DNA from: Squalus acanthias
Taxonomy: Eukaryota
NCBI GenBank assembly: GCA_030390025.1
Contig: JASTWF010000344.1
Location: forward strand, 372,001 to 436,000
DNA: 64,000 nucleotides
Direction of reading: 5' to 3'
Every line of letters begins with the position of its first letter. The stretch's first letter is position 1. Positions 24,681-37,440 of the stretch are shown piece by piece. The translations under genes were made by a program, and so were the position numbers. The notes beneath the pieces are model-generated. The model searched no databases. It saw only the letters and a program-made list of their open reading frames with translations, and was not told where the DNA came from.

Positions 24681-27312
24681 TAGAAAAGTCACCTGGTCCG
24701 GATGGGATGCATCCTAGGTTAGAGGGAATTAAGGGTGAAAATTGCGGAGGCTCTGGCTACAATCTTCGGATATGGGGGTGGTGCTGGAGAACGGGAGGAT
24801 TGCAAATGTTACACCCCTGTTCAAAAAAGGGGAGAGAGATAAACCCGACAATTACAGGCCAGTCAGCCTAACGTCAGTGGTGGGAAAACTTTGAGAGACA
24901 ATAATCCAGGGCAAAATGAATTAGTATTTAGAAAGGTATGGGCTAATAAATGAAATTCAGCAATGGATTTGTTAAAGGCAAATCGTGTTTGGCTAACTTG
25001 ATTGAGTTCTTTGATGAAGTAACGAAGAGGGTTGATGAGGATAGTGCGGTTGATGATGTGTATATGGATTTTCAAAAGCCGTTTGACAAAGTACCACATA
25101 ATAGACTTGCTAGCAAAATTAAAACCCATGGGATTAAAGGGACAGTAGCAGCGTGGATACAAAATTGGCTAACGGACAGAAAGCAGAGAGTAGTGGTGAA
25201 CGGTTGTTTTTCAGACTGGAGGGACATGTACAGTGGTGTCCCCCAGGGGCCAGTATTGGGACCACTGCTCTTTTTGATATATATTAATGACCTGGACTTG
25301 GGTGTACAGGGCATAATTTCAAAGTTTGCAGATGACACGAAACTCGGAAATGTAGTAAACAATGAGAAGGATAGTAACAGACTTCAGGAGGACATAGACA
25401 GACTGGTGAAATGGGCAGACACACGGCAGATGAAATTTAATGCAGGGAAGTGTGAAGTGATACATTTTGGTAAGAACAATGAGGAGAGGCAATATAAACT
25501 GAATGGTACAATTTTAAAGTGGGTGCAGGAACAGAGACCTGGGGGTGGATGTATACACATCGTTGAAGGTGGCAGGACAAGTTGTGAAGGCTGCTAAAAA
25601 AGCATATGGGATCCTGGGCTTTATTAATAGAGGCACAGAGTACAAAAGCAAGGAAGTTGTGCTAAATCTTTATAAAACTCTGGTTAGGCCTCAGCTGGAG
25701 TATTCTGTTCAATTCTGGACATCACACTTTAGGAAGGATGTCAAGGCCTTGGAGAGGGTGCAGAGGAGATTTACTAGAATGGATCCAGGGATGAGGGACC
25801 TCAGTTATGTGAAGAGACTGGAGAAGCTGGGATTGTTCTCCTCAGAGCAGAGAAGGTTAAGAGGAGATTTGATAGAAGTGTTCAAAATCATGAAGGGTTT
25901 TGATGGGAGTAAATAAGGAGAAATTGTTTCCAGTGGCAGGAGGGTTGGTAACCAGAGGACACAGATTTAAGGGAATTGGCAAAAGAACCAGAGGTGAAAT
26001 GAGGAAACTTTTTTGTTTTACACAGCGAGTTGTTGTGATCTGGAATGCGCTGTCTGAAAGGGCGGTGGAAGCAGATTCAACAGTAACTTTCAAAAGGGAA
26101 TTGGATAAATACTTAAAGGGCAAAAATGTACAGGGCCGTATGGGCTCCTTCAATGCTGTATCATTGTAAGATTCGATCTCACTGAATGATGGAACAGGCT
26201 CGAGGGGCTGAATGGTCTACTCCTGTTCCTGCTATAGAAGATTAAGGGGTGATATAATTGAGGTGTTTAAGATGATTGAAGGATTTTCCCTGGTGGGGGA
26301 GTCCAGAACAAGGGGGCATAACTTTAAAATTTGATCTAGGCCGTTCAGTAATGATGTCAGGAAGCACTTCTTCACACGAAGGGTAGTGGAAATCTGGAAC
26401 TCTCTCCCCCAAAAAGCTGTTGAGGCTGGGGATCAATTGCAAATTTCAAAACTGTGATTGACAGATTTTTGTTGGGCAAGAGTATTAACGGTTACGGAAA
26501 CAAAGCAGGTAAATGGAGTTAAGAGGAGGGTTTAAACTAAGTTGGCAGGGTGATGGGCACCAGGATGTAGCATTAGAAAGGAGCAACAAAGGGCACAAAG
26601 GATTGAGAGAGACGGATAGCACTAAAGCAAGAAATAGTAAAGTATTAGGTGGGGTCAGACTAAGAAAGAACACAGGATGGTCTACGATAGGTTTACAGTG
26701 TATGTGTGTGAACTCACGAAGCATAGTAAACAAGGTTGGTGAGCTGCAGGCGCAAATAGCCACATGGGAATATGTTGTTGTTGCAATAACTGAGACCTGG
26801 CTCAAAAAAGGGCAGAATTGGGTTTTAAATATTCCTGGATATAGGGTATTCAGGAGAGATAGGGAAGGAAAGATAGGAGGTGGTGTGGCAGTATTGGTTA
26901 AAGAGAACATTATAGTGCTGGAGAGAGAGGATGTCCTGGAGGGGTCAAGGACAGCATCTATTTGGTTAGAGTTAAGAAATAATAGAGGTGCCATTACACT
27001 ACTAGGTGTATTCTATAGGCCACCAACTAGTGGGAAAAATTTGCAGAGAAATTAGAGAGAGATGCAAGCACTATAGAGTAGCGATAATGGGGGATTTCAA
27101 CTAGTCTAATATAGACTGGGATAGTAATAGCGTAAAGGGCAGAGAGGGGGAAGAATTTCTGAAGTGTGTTCAGGAGAACTTTCTTGATCAGTATGTTTCC
27201 GGCCCAACAAGGAAGGAGGCATTGCTGGATCTGGTTCTGGGGAATGAGGTCGGTCAAGTGGAGCAAGTGTCAGAAGGTGAACATTTAGGGAACAGTGATC
27301 ATAGTATCATAA

Positions 27313-29213
27313 CGCATAAGGCATTCGATAAGGTGCCACATAAAAGGTTATTACACAAGATTAGGGATAATATAGTAGCATGGATAGAGGGTTGGCTAAC
27401 GGACAGAAAACAGAGAGTAGGGATAAACGGATCTTTTTCAGGTTGGCAGGCTGTAACTAGTGGGGTGCCGCAAGGATGAGTATTGGGGCCTCAGCTATTT
27501 ACAATCTATATTAATGACCTAGATGAAGGGACCGTGTGTAATGTATCCAAGTTTGCTGATGACACAAAGCTAGGTGGGACAGTAAGCTATGAGGAGAACA
27601 CAAAGAGTCTGCAAAGGGATATAGATAAGACTAAGTGAGTGGGCAGTAAGGTGGCAGATGGAGTATAATGTAGGGAAATGTGAGGTTATTCACTTTGGTA
27701 GGAAGAATAGAAAAACAGAATGGCCCAAAAATTTGTGTTGATACGCGAGAGTACGCACTGTGTACTCTCGCATATTCTGTCTCCAATTGCCGGTTTTCTG
27801 CATGCACTGCGCATGCGCTGAAAACCGGCACTTGGTGAATGGAAAAGGGGGCGGTTCCTAGGTGAACTGCGTGCGCGCTACAGGCTGCGCGCATGCAGTG
27901 CACTTAGTGGTTTCAACGCGCAGGTAAGTATGGAAGATTTTACACATAAAAAAAGGAGTAAGACCCACTTTTAACAAGGTAAGTAGTGAATTAAGTATTA
28001 TTTTGAATTTTTTTTAACAGGTATATCTTTTTTAGAGACTTTAAAGACAGGTAAGTTTATTTTTATAACTTTTTAAAAGATTTTAAATTTTTCAAAAATT
28101 TAATTTTTTATTTAAAATGGTTAATTTATTTAACTATACTTATTTTATTAATGTGATGGTTTTTTTTTTAATTTAATTGAGGTTTAGCTGTTCTTTTGGG
28201 GGGCTATAGTATTCATAGCTTTCACAGCACTTATGTGAAAGTTATGAATGGAAGATGGTGTGCTGCCATTGGCTCTAACTGAGTCACGTGATCCCACAGC
28301 TCGCACGAATTAACTACGCCTGTGGGATACGCAAGCCCAGCACAGCAGCTGTCCAGAACATCAAGTTCGTGCGAGCTGGAACTGAAAAAGCCAACGCGCA
28401 GTGAGAGATCGCGGGGAAGCCTTACCCTCGCACGAGGGCTTCCTCACGAATTTTTGGGCCAATATTTTTTAAATGGTGAGAAACTTTCAAATCAACGTTG
28501 ATGTTCAGGGAAATTTGGGTGTGCTCGTTCAAGAAACACAGAAAGCTAGCAAGCAGTAAGGAAGGCAAATGGCATGTTGGCCTTTATTGCAAGGGGGTTG
28601 GAGTAGAAGAGTAAGGAAGTCTTGCTACAATTGTACAGGGCCTTGGTGAGACCACACCTGGAGTACTGTGCACAGTTTTGGTCTCCTTATCTAAGGAAGG
28701 ATATACTTGCCTTGAAGGCGGTGCAACGAAGGTTCACTAGATTGATTCCTGGGATGAGAGGGCTGTCCTATGATGAGAGATGGTGTAGAATGGGCCTATA
28801 ATCTCTGGAGTTCAGATGAATGAGAGGTGACCTCATTGAACCATACAAGATTCTGAAGGGGATTGACAGGGTAGATGCTGAGAGGTTGTTTCCCCTGGCT
28901 GGAGTGTCTAGAACTAGGGGGCATAGTCTCAGGATAAGGGGTAGGCCATTTAAGACTGAGATGAGGAGGAATTTCCTCACTCAGAGGGTTGTGAATCTTT
29001 GGAATTCTCTGCCCCAGAGGGCTGTGAATGCTGAGTCTTTGAGTATATTCAAGGCTGAGATAGATAGATTTTTGGACTCTCGGGGAATCAAGGGATATGG
29101 AGATCAGGCGGGAAAGTGGAGTTGAGGTCGATGATCAGCCATGATCTTATTGAATGGCGGAGCAGGTTCAAGAGGCCATATGGCCTACTCCTGCTCCTAA
29201 TTCTTATGTTCTT
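27313..29213 (+). mobile_element. 5'-truncated CR1 nested in CR1, itself interrupted by a MITE
   Basis: KAFDKVPH...SGVPQG, ORF 28820-29125, TTCTTATG tail at about 29200. Confidence 0.85.
27722..28460. mobile_element. Non-autonomous DNA transposon (MITE), probably PIF/Harbinger type
   Basis: 16-bp TIRs GGCCCAAAAATTTGTG / CACGAATTTTTGGGCC (1 mismatch); 3-bp TSD AAT (27719-27721, 28461-28463); excision restores CR1 AAAACAGAATATTTTTTAAATGG. Confidence 0.85.
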
Positions 29214-29639
29214 ATAAGGTTTAGATTAGCTATGGAAAAGGACAGGGAGCAATCTAGAGTAAAAATACTTAATTGGAGGAAGGCAAATTTCAGTGGGATG
29301 AGAACGGATCTGGCCCGGGTAAATTGGAATCAAAGATTGGCAGGCAAAACTGTAGTGGAACAATGGGCTGCCTTTAAAGAGGAAATAGTTCGGTACAGTC
29401 GAGCTACATTCCCACTAGGGGGAAAGGTCGGGCAACTAAAGTCAGAGCTCCCTGGATGACGAAAGAGTTGAGAGTACGATGAAGCAGAAAAAGAGCGCGT
29501 GTGACAGATGTCAGGTCAAGAATACATCGGAGAATCCGGCTAAATATAGAAAGTTCAGAGGAGAAGTGAAAAAGAAAATAAGAGGGGCAAAGAGGGTATG
29601 AGAATAGAATGGCAGCTAACATAAAAGGTAACCCAAAAG

Positions 29640-30918
29640 TTTTTTTTTTTATTCGTTTATGGGATGTGGGTGTCGCTGGCAACGCCAACATTTATTGCTC
29701 ATCCCTAATTGCCCTTGAGAAGGTGGTGGTGTGCCGCCTTCTTGAACCGCTGCAGTCCGTGTGGTGAAGGTACTCCCACAGTGCTGTTAGGTAGGGAGTT
29801 CCAGGATTTTGACCCAGCAACGATGAAGGATCGGCGATATATTTCCAAGTCAGGATGGTGGGGAACTTGGAGGGAAACTTGGAGGTGGTGGTGTTCCCAT
29901 GCGCCTGCTGCCCTTGTCCTTCTAAGCGGAAGAGGTCGTGGGCTTGGGAGGTGCTGGCGAAGAACCCTTGGCGAGTTGCTGCAGTGCATCCTGTAGCTGG
30001 TGCACACTGCAGCCACGGTACGCCGGTGGTGGAGGGAGTGAATGTTTAAGGTGGTGGATGGGGTGCCAATCAAGCGGGCTGCTTTGTCCTGGATGGTGTC
30101 GAGCTTCTTGAGTGTTGTTGGAGCTGCACTCATCCAGGCAAGTGGAGAGTATTCCACCACACTCCTGACTTGTGCCTTGTAGACGGTGGAAAGGCTTTGG
30201 GGAGTCAGGAGGTGAGAAACTCGTCGCAGTATACCTAGCCTCTGACCTGCTCTTGTTGCCACTGTATTTATGTGGCTGGTCCAGTTAAGTTTCTGGTCAA
30301 TGGTGACCCCCAGGATGTTGATGGTGGGGGATTCGGCGATGGTAATGCCAAGGGGAGGTGGTTAGACTCTCGCTTGTTGGAGATATGATGTGGAGATGCT
30401 GGTGTTGGACTGGGGTGGACAAATGTGAGAAGTCGCACAACACCAGGTTATAGTCCAACAGTTTTATTTGAAATCACAAGCTTTCGGAGCGCTGCTCCTT
30501 CGTCAGGTGAAGTCCACTTCACCTGACGAAGGAGCAGCGCTCCGAAAGCTTGTGATTTCAAATAAAACTGTTGGACTATAACCTGGTGTTGTGCGACTTC
30601 TCACATTTGTTGGAGATAGTCATTGCCTGGCACTTCTGTGGCGCGAATGTTACCTGCCACGCATCAGCCCAAGCCTGAACGTTATCCAGGTCTTGTTGCA
30701 TGCGGGCATGGACTGCTTCATTATCTGAGGAGTTGTGAATGGCGCTGAACACTGTGCAGTCATCAGCGAACATCCCCATTTCTGACCTTATGTTGGAGGG
30801 AAGGTCATTGATGAAGCAGTTGAAGATGGTTGGGCCTAGGATACTGCCCTGAGGAACTCCTGCAGCGACGTCCTGGGGCTGTGATGATTGACCTTCAACC
30901 ACAACTATCTTCCTTTGT
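29640..30918 (-). mobile_element. L2/Crack-like (CR1 supergroup) LINE, 3' fragment with poly(A) tail
   Basis: GVPQGSILGP...FADD in ORF 30576-31289; ORF 29705-30262 (YKAQVRSVVEY); T-run at 29640-29650. Exact clade uncertain. Confidence 0.75.
30386..30610 (-). mobile_element. Palindromic insertion copy D (192-bp inverted repeat, hammerhead on both strands, opposite orientation)
   Basis: Inverted repeat 30419-30610 with CC spacer; tail on the left; TSD TTGTTGGAGATA at 30374-30385 and 30607-30618. Confidence 0.9.
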
Positions 30919-31723
30919 ATGGGCACAAATAGTAAAAGGGTAGTAAGAGGAGGGGTGGGGCTGATTTGGGACCAAAAAGGAGACTTACTCATGGAGGCAG
31001 AGGGGATGGCTGAGGTACTAAATGAGTACTTTGCATCTGTCTTTACCAAGGAAGATGCTGCCATAGACATAGTGAAGGAGGAGGTAGAGGAGATACTGGA
31101 TGGGATAAGAATTGATAAAGACGAGGTACTAGAAAGCCTGGCTGTACTTAAAGGAGATAAGTCACCAGGACCAGATGGGATGCATCCTAGGATGCTGAGG
31201 GAAGTGAAGGAAGAAATCAGAGGTACTGGCCATAATCTTCCAATCCTCCTTGGAAATGGGGGTGGTGCCAGAGGATTGGAGAATTGCAAATGTTACAACC
31301 TTGTTCAAAAAAGGGTGAAAAGATAGACCCAGCAACTATAGGTCGGTCAGTTTAACCTCGGTAGTGGGGAAGCTTTTAGAAACAGTAATCAGGGACAAAA
31401 TTAACAGTCACTTGGACAGGTGTGGATTAATTAAGGAAAGCTAGCACGGATTTGTTAAAGGCAAATCGTGTTTAACCAACTTGATCGAGTTTTTTGATGA
31501 GGTAACAGAGAGGGTTGATGAGGGCAATGCGGTTGACGTGGTGTACATGGATTTCCAAAAGGCGTTCGACAAAGTGCCACTAATAGGCTTGGTCCCTAAT
31601 AGGCTTGTCAGCAAAGTTGAAGTCCATGGAATAAAAGGGACAGTGGCAGCATGGATACGAAATTGGCTAAGTGACAAGAAACAGAGAGTAGTTGTGAACG
31701 GTTGTTTTTCGGACTGGAGGAAG

Positions 31724-33030
31724 GTCATAAGAGTCATAACGGCACAGGAGGAGGCCATTCGGCCCACCGAGTCCATGCCAGCTCTCTGAAGAGCAATCCA
31801 GTCAGTCCCATTCCCCCGCAAGTTTATTTCCCTCAAGTGCCTATCCAGTCTCCCCTTGAAAACATTGAGTGTCTCCGCTTCCACCACTTCCGTCGGCAGC
31901 GAATTCCAGGTCATCACCACTCGCTGAGTAAAAAGGTTTTTCCTCACGTCCCCCCTGCATCTCTTGCCCAAAACCTTAAATCTGTGTCCCCTAGTCCTTG
32001 TACCATCAACTAGTGGGAACAGCCTTTCCCCATCTAGCCTATCCAAACCCGTCATAATCTTGTACACCTCTATCAAATCACCCCTCAACCTCCTTTGCTC
32101 TAATGAAAACAAATCCAGCTTTTCCAACCTGTCCTTGTAGCTAAGATCCCCCATTCCCGGCACCATTCTGGTAAATCTCCTCTGCACCCTCTCAAGGGCC
32201 TTCACATCCTTCCTAAAGTGTGGTGACCAGAACTGGACACAATACTCCAGTTGTGTCCGAACTAGCACTTTATAAAGGTTCAGCATAACATCTCTACTTT
32301 TGTATTCAATACCTCTATTGATGAAGCCCAAGATCCCATATGCTTTGCTAACCACGCTCTCAATATGTCCTGCCACCTTCAGGGACCTATGCACATTAAC
32401 TCCCAGGTCCCTCTGTCCCAGCACACTCTTTAAAACTGTGCCATTAAGTATATATTGCCTCTCCCCGTTCCTTCTGCCAAAATGCATCACCTCACACTTC
32501 TTTGTATTAAATTCCATCTGCCACTTGTCTGCCCATTCTGCTAGCCTTTCTATGTCCTGTTGCAGTCGATTGATATCATCACTGTTTGCCACACCCCCAA
32601 GTTTGGTGTCATCGGCAAATTTAGAAATTCTACTCTGTATTCCAATATCCAGGTCATTTATATATATCAAAAAAGCAGTGGCCCCAGCACTGACCCTTGG
32701 GGAACACCACTGTCGGCCATCCTCCAGTCTGAAAAACAGCCATTTACCACAACTCGCTGTTTTCTGTCCTTAAGCCAATTCCTTATCCAAGCTGTCACTG
32801 ACCCACCTATTCCATGAGCCTCAATTTTGTTAACCAGCCTTCTATGTGGTACTTTGTCAAACGCCTTTGGAAAATCCATGCAGACAACATCCATTGCATT
32901 CCCTTCATCAATCCTCTCTGTTACTTCATCAAAAAATTCAATTAGATTAGTCAAACATGATCTGACTTTTACAAATCTGTGTTGGCTCTCCTTAATTATC
33001 TTAAACCTCTCCAAGTGCCCGTTAATTTTT
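31724..33030 (-). mobile_element. 5'-truncated CR1 LINE nested in CR1
   Basis: ORFs 32667-33014 and 31441-32670 (FADD, QFWSPHF). Confidence 0.88.
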
Positions 33031-33654
33031 TCCTTGCAGTATACAGTGGTGTTCCCCAGGGGTCGTTTCGAGGACCACTGCTTTTCTTGATATATATTAA
33101 TGACTTGGATGTGGGTGTACAGGGCACAATTTCAAAATGTGCAGATGACACAAAACTTGGAAGTATAGTGAAAAGCGAGGAGGATAGTGATAGACTTCAA
33201 GAGGACATAGACAGGCTGGTGGAATGGACGGACATGTGGCAGATGAAATTTAACGGAGAAAAGTGTGAACTGATACATTTTGGTAGAAAGAATGAGGAGA
33301 GGAAATATAAACTAAAGGGTACAATCCTAAAGGGGGTGCATGAACAGAGAGACCTCGGGGTATATGTGCACAAATCGTTGATGGTGGCAGGACAGGTTGA
33401 GAAACCAGTTAAAAAAGCTTATGGGATCCTGGGCTTCATGAATAGAGGTATAGAGTACAAAAGTGTGGAAATTATGAAGAACCTTTATAAAACACTGGTT
33501 CGGCCTCAACTAGAGTATTGTGTCCAATTCTGGGCACCGCACTTTAGGAAGGATGTGAAGGCCTTAGAGAGGGTGCAGAAAATATTTACGAGAATGATTC
33601 CAAGGATGAGGGACTTCAGATACGTGGATAGACTAGAGAAGTTGGGGTTGTTTT

Positions 33655-34412
33655 CCTTCTTCTTCTTCTTAGGCAGTCCCTCGGAACCGAGGATGACTTG
33701 CTTCCACATTAAAACTGAGTTCTCAGGTGACTGATGAGTCCAATGCGGGACCTACAGTCTCTGTCACAGGTGGGGCAGACGGTGGTTGAAGGGGCGGGTG
33801 GGGTGCTTGGGTTGACGTACGCTCCTTCTGCTGTTTGCGCTTGGCTTCCGCTTGCTCCCGGCGAAGAGACTCGAGGTGTTCGGCACCTTCCCAGATGCTT
33901 CTCCTCCACTTTGAGCGGTCTTGGGCCAGGGATTCCCAGGTGTCGGTGGGGATGTTGCATTTTTTCCAAGGATGCTTTGAGGGTGTCCTTGAAGCGTTTC
34001 CTCTGCCCACCTGGGGCTCGCTTGCCGTGTCGGAGCTCCGAGTAGAGCGCTTGTTTTGGGAGTCTCGTATCAGGCATGCGGACGATGTGACCCGTCCATC
34101 TGAGCTGATCGAGCGTGGTCAAAGCTTCGATGCTGGGGATGTTAGCCTGAGCGAGAACACGGACGTTGGTGCGCCTATCCTGCCAATGGATTTGCAGGAT
34201 CTTGTGGAGGCAGCGTTGGTGGTACCTCTCCAGTGCTTTGAGGTGCCTGCTGTACATGGTCCATGTCTCTGCAGCATACAGGAGGGCGGGTATCACTACT
34301 GCTCTGTAGACCATGAGCTTAGTGCCGGGTTTGAGGTCCTGGTCTTCAAACACTCTCTTCCTCAGGCGACCGAAGGCTGCACTGGCACACTGAAGGCAGT
34401 GTTGGACTTCGT
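33655..34412 (-). mobile_element. RTE-clade LINE 3' fragment, same family as 12994-13944
   Basis: ORF 33709-34353 is nearly identical to ORF 13136-13894; (AAG)n tail at 33655-33670. Confidence 0.9.
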
Positions 34413-35562
34413 GATAGACTGGAGAAGCTGGGGTTGTTCTCCTTACAGCAGAAAAGATTAAGAGGAGATTTGATAGAGGTATTCAAAATCTGGACAGAGT
34501 AGATCGAGGGAAACTGTTCCCATTGGCAGAAGGGTCGAGAACCAGAGGACACAGATTTAAGGTGATCGGCAAAAGAACCAAAGGCGACATAAGAAAAAAC
34601 TTTTTTACTCAGCGAGTGGTTAGGAACTGGAATGCACTGCCTGAAAGGGTGGTGGAGGCAGACGCAATCACAGCTTTTAAAAGGGAGTTGGATAAGTTCC
34701 TGAAGGAAAGAAATTTGCAGGGCTACAGGGAAAGGGCGGGGGAGTGGGACTAGCTGAGGTGCTCTTGCAGAGAGCTGGCACGGGCTTGACGGGCCTAATG
34801 GCCTTCTTCCGTGCTGTAACCATTCTCTGATTCTAAGGTACATATCAGCCAGGATCTAATTGAATGGCGGAACAAGCTCAAGGGACTGAATGGCCTCCTC
34901 CTGATCCTCTGGTTCTTTTGCCAATTATCTTAAACCTGCATCCTCTGGTTACCAACCCGCCTGCCAATGGAAACAGTTTGTCCTTTAATCAGATATGGAT
35001 CAAACCCACTGTCTGTCCACTCTCCACATCCCATCGCTGCTCATCATTCAAGTTAAGCACCTGTGCTGGGTGATCACGCCAGAGGCACTGCACACTCAAA
35101 AGCATCAATTTTGTTGTTTGAACACTTTAGTTTGCTGCTGAAATACAAGTGGCCATTCACACAGAGAACGTTCTGTTGATAAATGCTGAATTTCCCAAAA
35201 TGCAAGCCAAAAGTCCGACTAATGCCGGACACAAACAGAAGCTGTTCACTCGCTGGGTGGCAGGTTTGCAGGAAAAAAGCACAAGCTCTTTCACTCTCAA
35301 CAAACTCTACCGACTCTTTCAATGACTCGATCCGGGAATCTGTTTACACATCTCACTACATTCCTCCACCTAGAGACGAAGCAGCCTGTTTCACGCAGTA
35401 CACTGAAAACAATCGAAAATTACTACACCTACAAATCTAAATGCATCAATTGCAATCACTGTGCGACTAAATGTACAATGGCCTTACAATATAAAATCCT
35501 GAGAATTTAATTGAAAAAAACATAGCTGTCAGCACAAAGTGAGTCGCTGGCACCGAGTGGGG

Positions 35563-35820
35563 GAACAACTTTTATTTATATAGCGCCTTTAACGTAGTAC
35601 AGCGTCCCAAGGTGCTTCAAAGGAGCGTAAAACAGACAAAGATTTGACATTGAGCCACATAAGGGGATGTTAGGACAGGTGACCAAAAGCTTGGTCAAAG
35701 AGGGAGGTTTTAAGGAGCATCTTAAAGGAGGAGAGGTGGAGGGAATTCCAGAGCTTAGGGCCCAGGCAGCTGAAGGCACGGCTGCCAATGGTGGAGCGAT
35801 GGAAATCAGGGATGGACAAG
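35563..35820 (-). mobile_element. L2-type 3' end remnant
   Basis: Reverse complement resembles 8206-8425. Confidence 0.6.
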
Positions 35821-35828
35821 AGGTGGGG

Positions 35829-37190
35829 GTGTTCAGTGTGGGGTCGTGGGTTCAGTGTGGGGTTGGGGTCCGGGGGGGGGGGGTCCAGTGTGAGGTCGGG
35901 GGGGTCCAGTGTGAGGTCGGGGGGGGGGGGGGGGTCCAGTGTGAGGTCGGGGGGGGGGGGGGTCCAGTGTGAGGTCGGGGGGGGGGGGGGGTCCAGTGTG
36001 AGGTCGGGGGGGGTTCAGTGTGGGGTCGGGGGGGGTTCAGTGTGGGGTCGGGGGGGGTTCAGTGTGGGGTCGGGGGGGTCCAGTGTGAGGTCGGGGGGGG
36101 GGTTCAGTGTGGGGTCGGGTCCAGTGTGAGGTCGGGGGGGGGGGTCCAGTGTGAGGTCGGGGGGGGTTCAGTGTGGGGTCGGGGGGGGGGGGGTTCAGTG
36201 TGGGGTCGGGGGGGGTTTCCAGTGTGGGGTTGGGGGTCCAGTGTGAGGTCGGGGGGGGGGGGGTCCAGTGTGAGGACGGGTTCAGTGCGGGGTGGGGGGG
36301 GGGGTCCAGTGTGAGGTCGGGGGGGGGGGGGGTCCAGTGTGAGGTCGGGGGGGGGGGGTCCAGTGTGAGGTCGGGGGGGGGGGGGGTTCAGTGTGGGGTC
36401 GGGGGGGGGTCCAGTATGAGGTCGAGTGGGGGGGGGGGTCCAGTATGAGGTCAGGGGGGGGGGTCCAGTGTGAGGTCGGGGGGGGGGTTAGTGGGGGGTC
36501 GGGGGGGGTTAGTGTGGGGTCGGGGGGGGGGTCCAGTGTGGGGTCGGGGGGGTCCAGTGTGGGGTCGGGGGGGGGGTCCAGTGTGGGGTCGGGGGGGGGG
36601 GTCCAGTGTGGGGTCGGGGGGGGGGGGGGGGGTCCAGTGTGGGGTCGGGGGGGGTCCAGTGTGGGGTCGGGGGGGGGGGTCCAGTGAGAGGTCGGGGGGG
36701 GGGTTCAGTGTGGGGTCGGGGGGGGGTTCAGTGTGGGGTCGGGGGGGGGGTTCAGTGTGGGGTCGGGGGGGGGGGTCCAGTGAGAGGTCGGGGGGGTTCA
36801 GTGTGGGGTCGGGGGGGGTGGGGTTCAGTGTGGGGTCGGGGGGGTGGGGTTCAGTGTGGGGTCGGGGGGGGTGGGGTTCAGTGTGGGGTCGGGGGGGGGG
36901 CCAGTGTGAGGTCGGGGGGGGTTCAGTGTGGGGTCCGGGGGGGTTCAGTGTGGGGTCCGGGGGGGTTCAGTGTGGGGTCCGGGGGGGGCCAGTGTGGGGT
37001 CGGGGGGGGGGTCAGTGTGGGGTCGGGGGGGCCAGTGTGGGGTCGGGGGTCCAGTGGGGGGTCGGGGGGTCCAGTGGGGGGTCGGGGGGTCGAGTGGGGG
37101 GTCGGGGGGGGGGGTCCAGTGGGGGGTCGGGGTTTCAGTGTGGGGTCGGGGTCCAGTGTGGCGGGGGGGGGGGGGGGGGGGTGGTTCAGG
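35829..37190. repeat. G-rich tandem array (T/C)CAGTGTG(A/G)GGTC(G)nT at the start of CRTC1 intron 1
   Basis: Direct inspection; G-run length varies between units. Confidence 0.93.
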
Positions 37191-37440
37191 GGGTGCCTGG
37201 GCTGTGATGCCCGCCACAGTTGAATAGGCCCCGGGCCTGTGACGGGCTTTCCTCGAATTCTCCCCGGCGGATCAGCACCTTCAGGCGGGCAGAAGCCGCC
37301 AGTCCACCGCCGCCCTGCGAGCATCACCCGCGGACGCTGCGCCGAGTCTCCGCCGCTTCGCCCATCCCGCGGCCTGGGCCCGGGCCCGGGCCCGGGCCCG
37401 GTAGCGGCAGCGGCATCGCCACATCTCGACCCCGACTCAC

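Larger units (their letters stand above)
14804..26150 (+). mobile_element. Old CR1 LINE (outer layer of a nest): 14804-16911 continues at about 24680-26150
   Basis: ORF1 esterase end and ORF2 endonuclease fragments (15522, 16333, 16625). Sequence breaks at GCAGTCCTCAAAG (16911) and resumes as AGAAAAGTCACCTGGTCCGGATGGGATGCATCC (KSPGPDGMHP) at about 24681, then RT ORFs 24950 and 25545. Confidence 0.8.
26522..34835 (+). mobile_element. Old CR1 ORF2 fragmented by four younger insertions (pieces 26522-27312, 29214-29639, 30920-31723, 33039-33654, 34413-34835)
   Basis: ORF pieces 26513, 27222, 29154, 30919, 31481, 32979 and 34523 are colinear along CR1 ORF2 once the inserts are removed. Confidence 0.78.
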
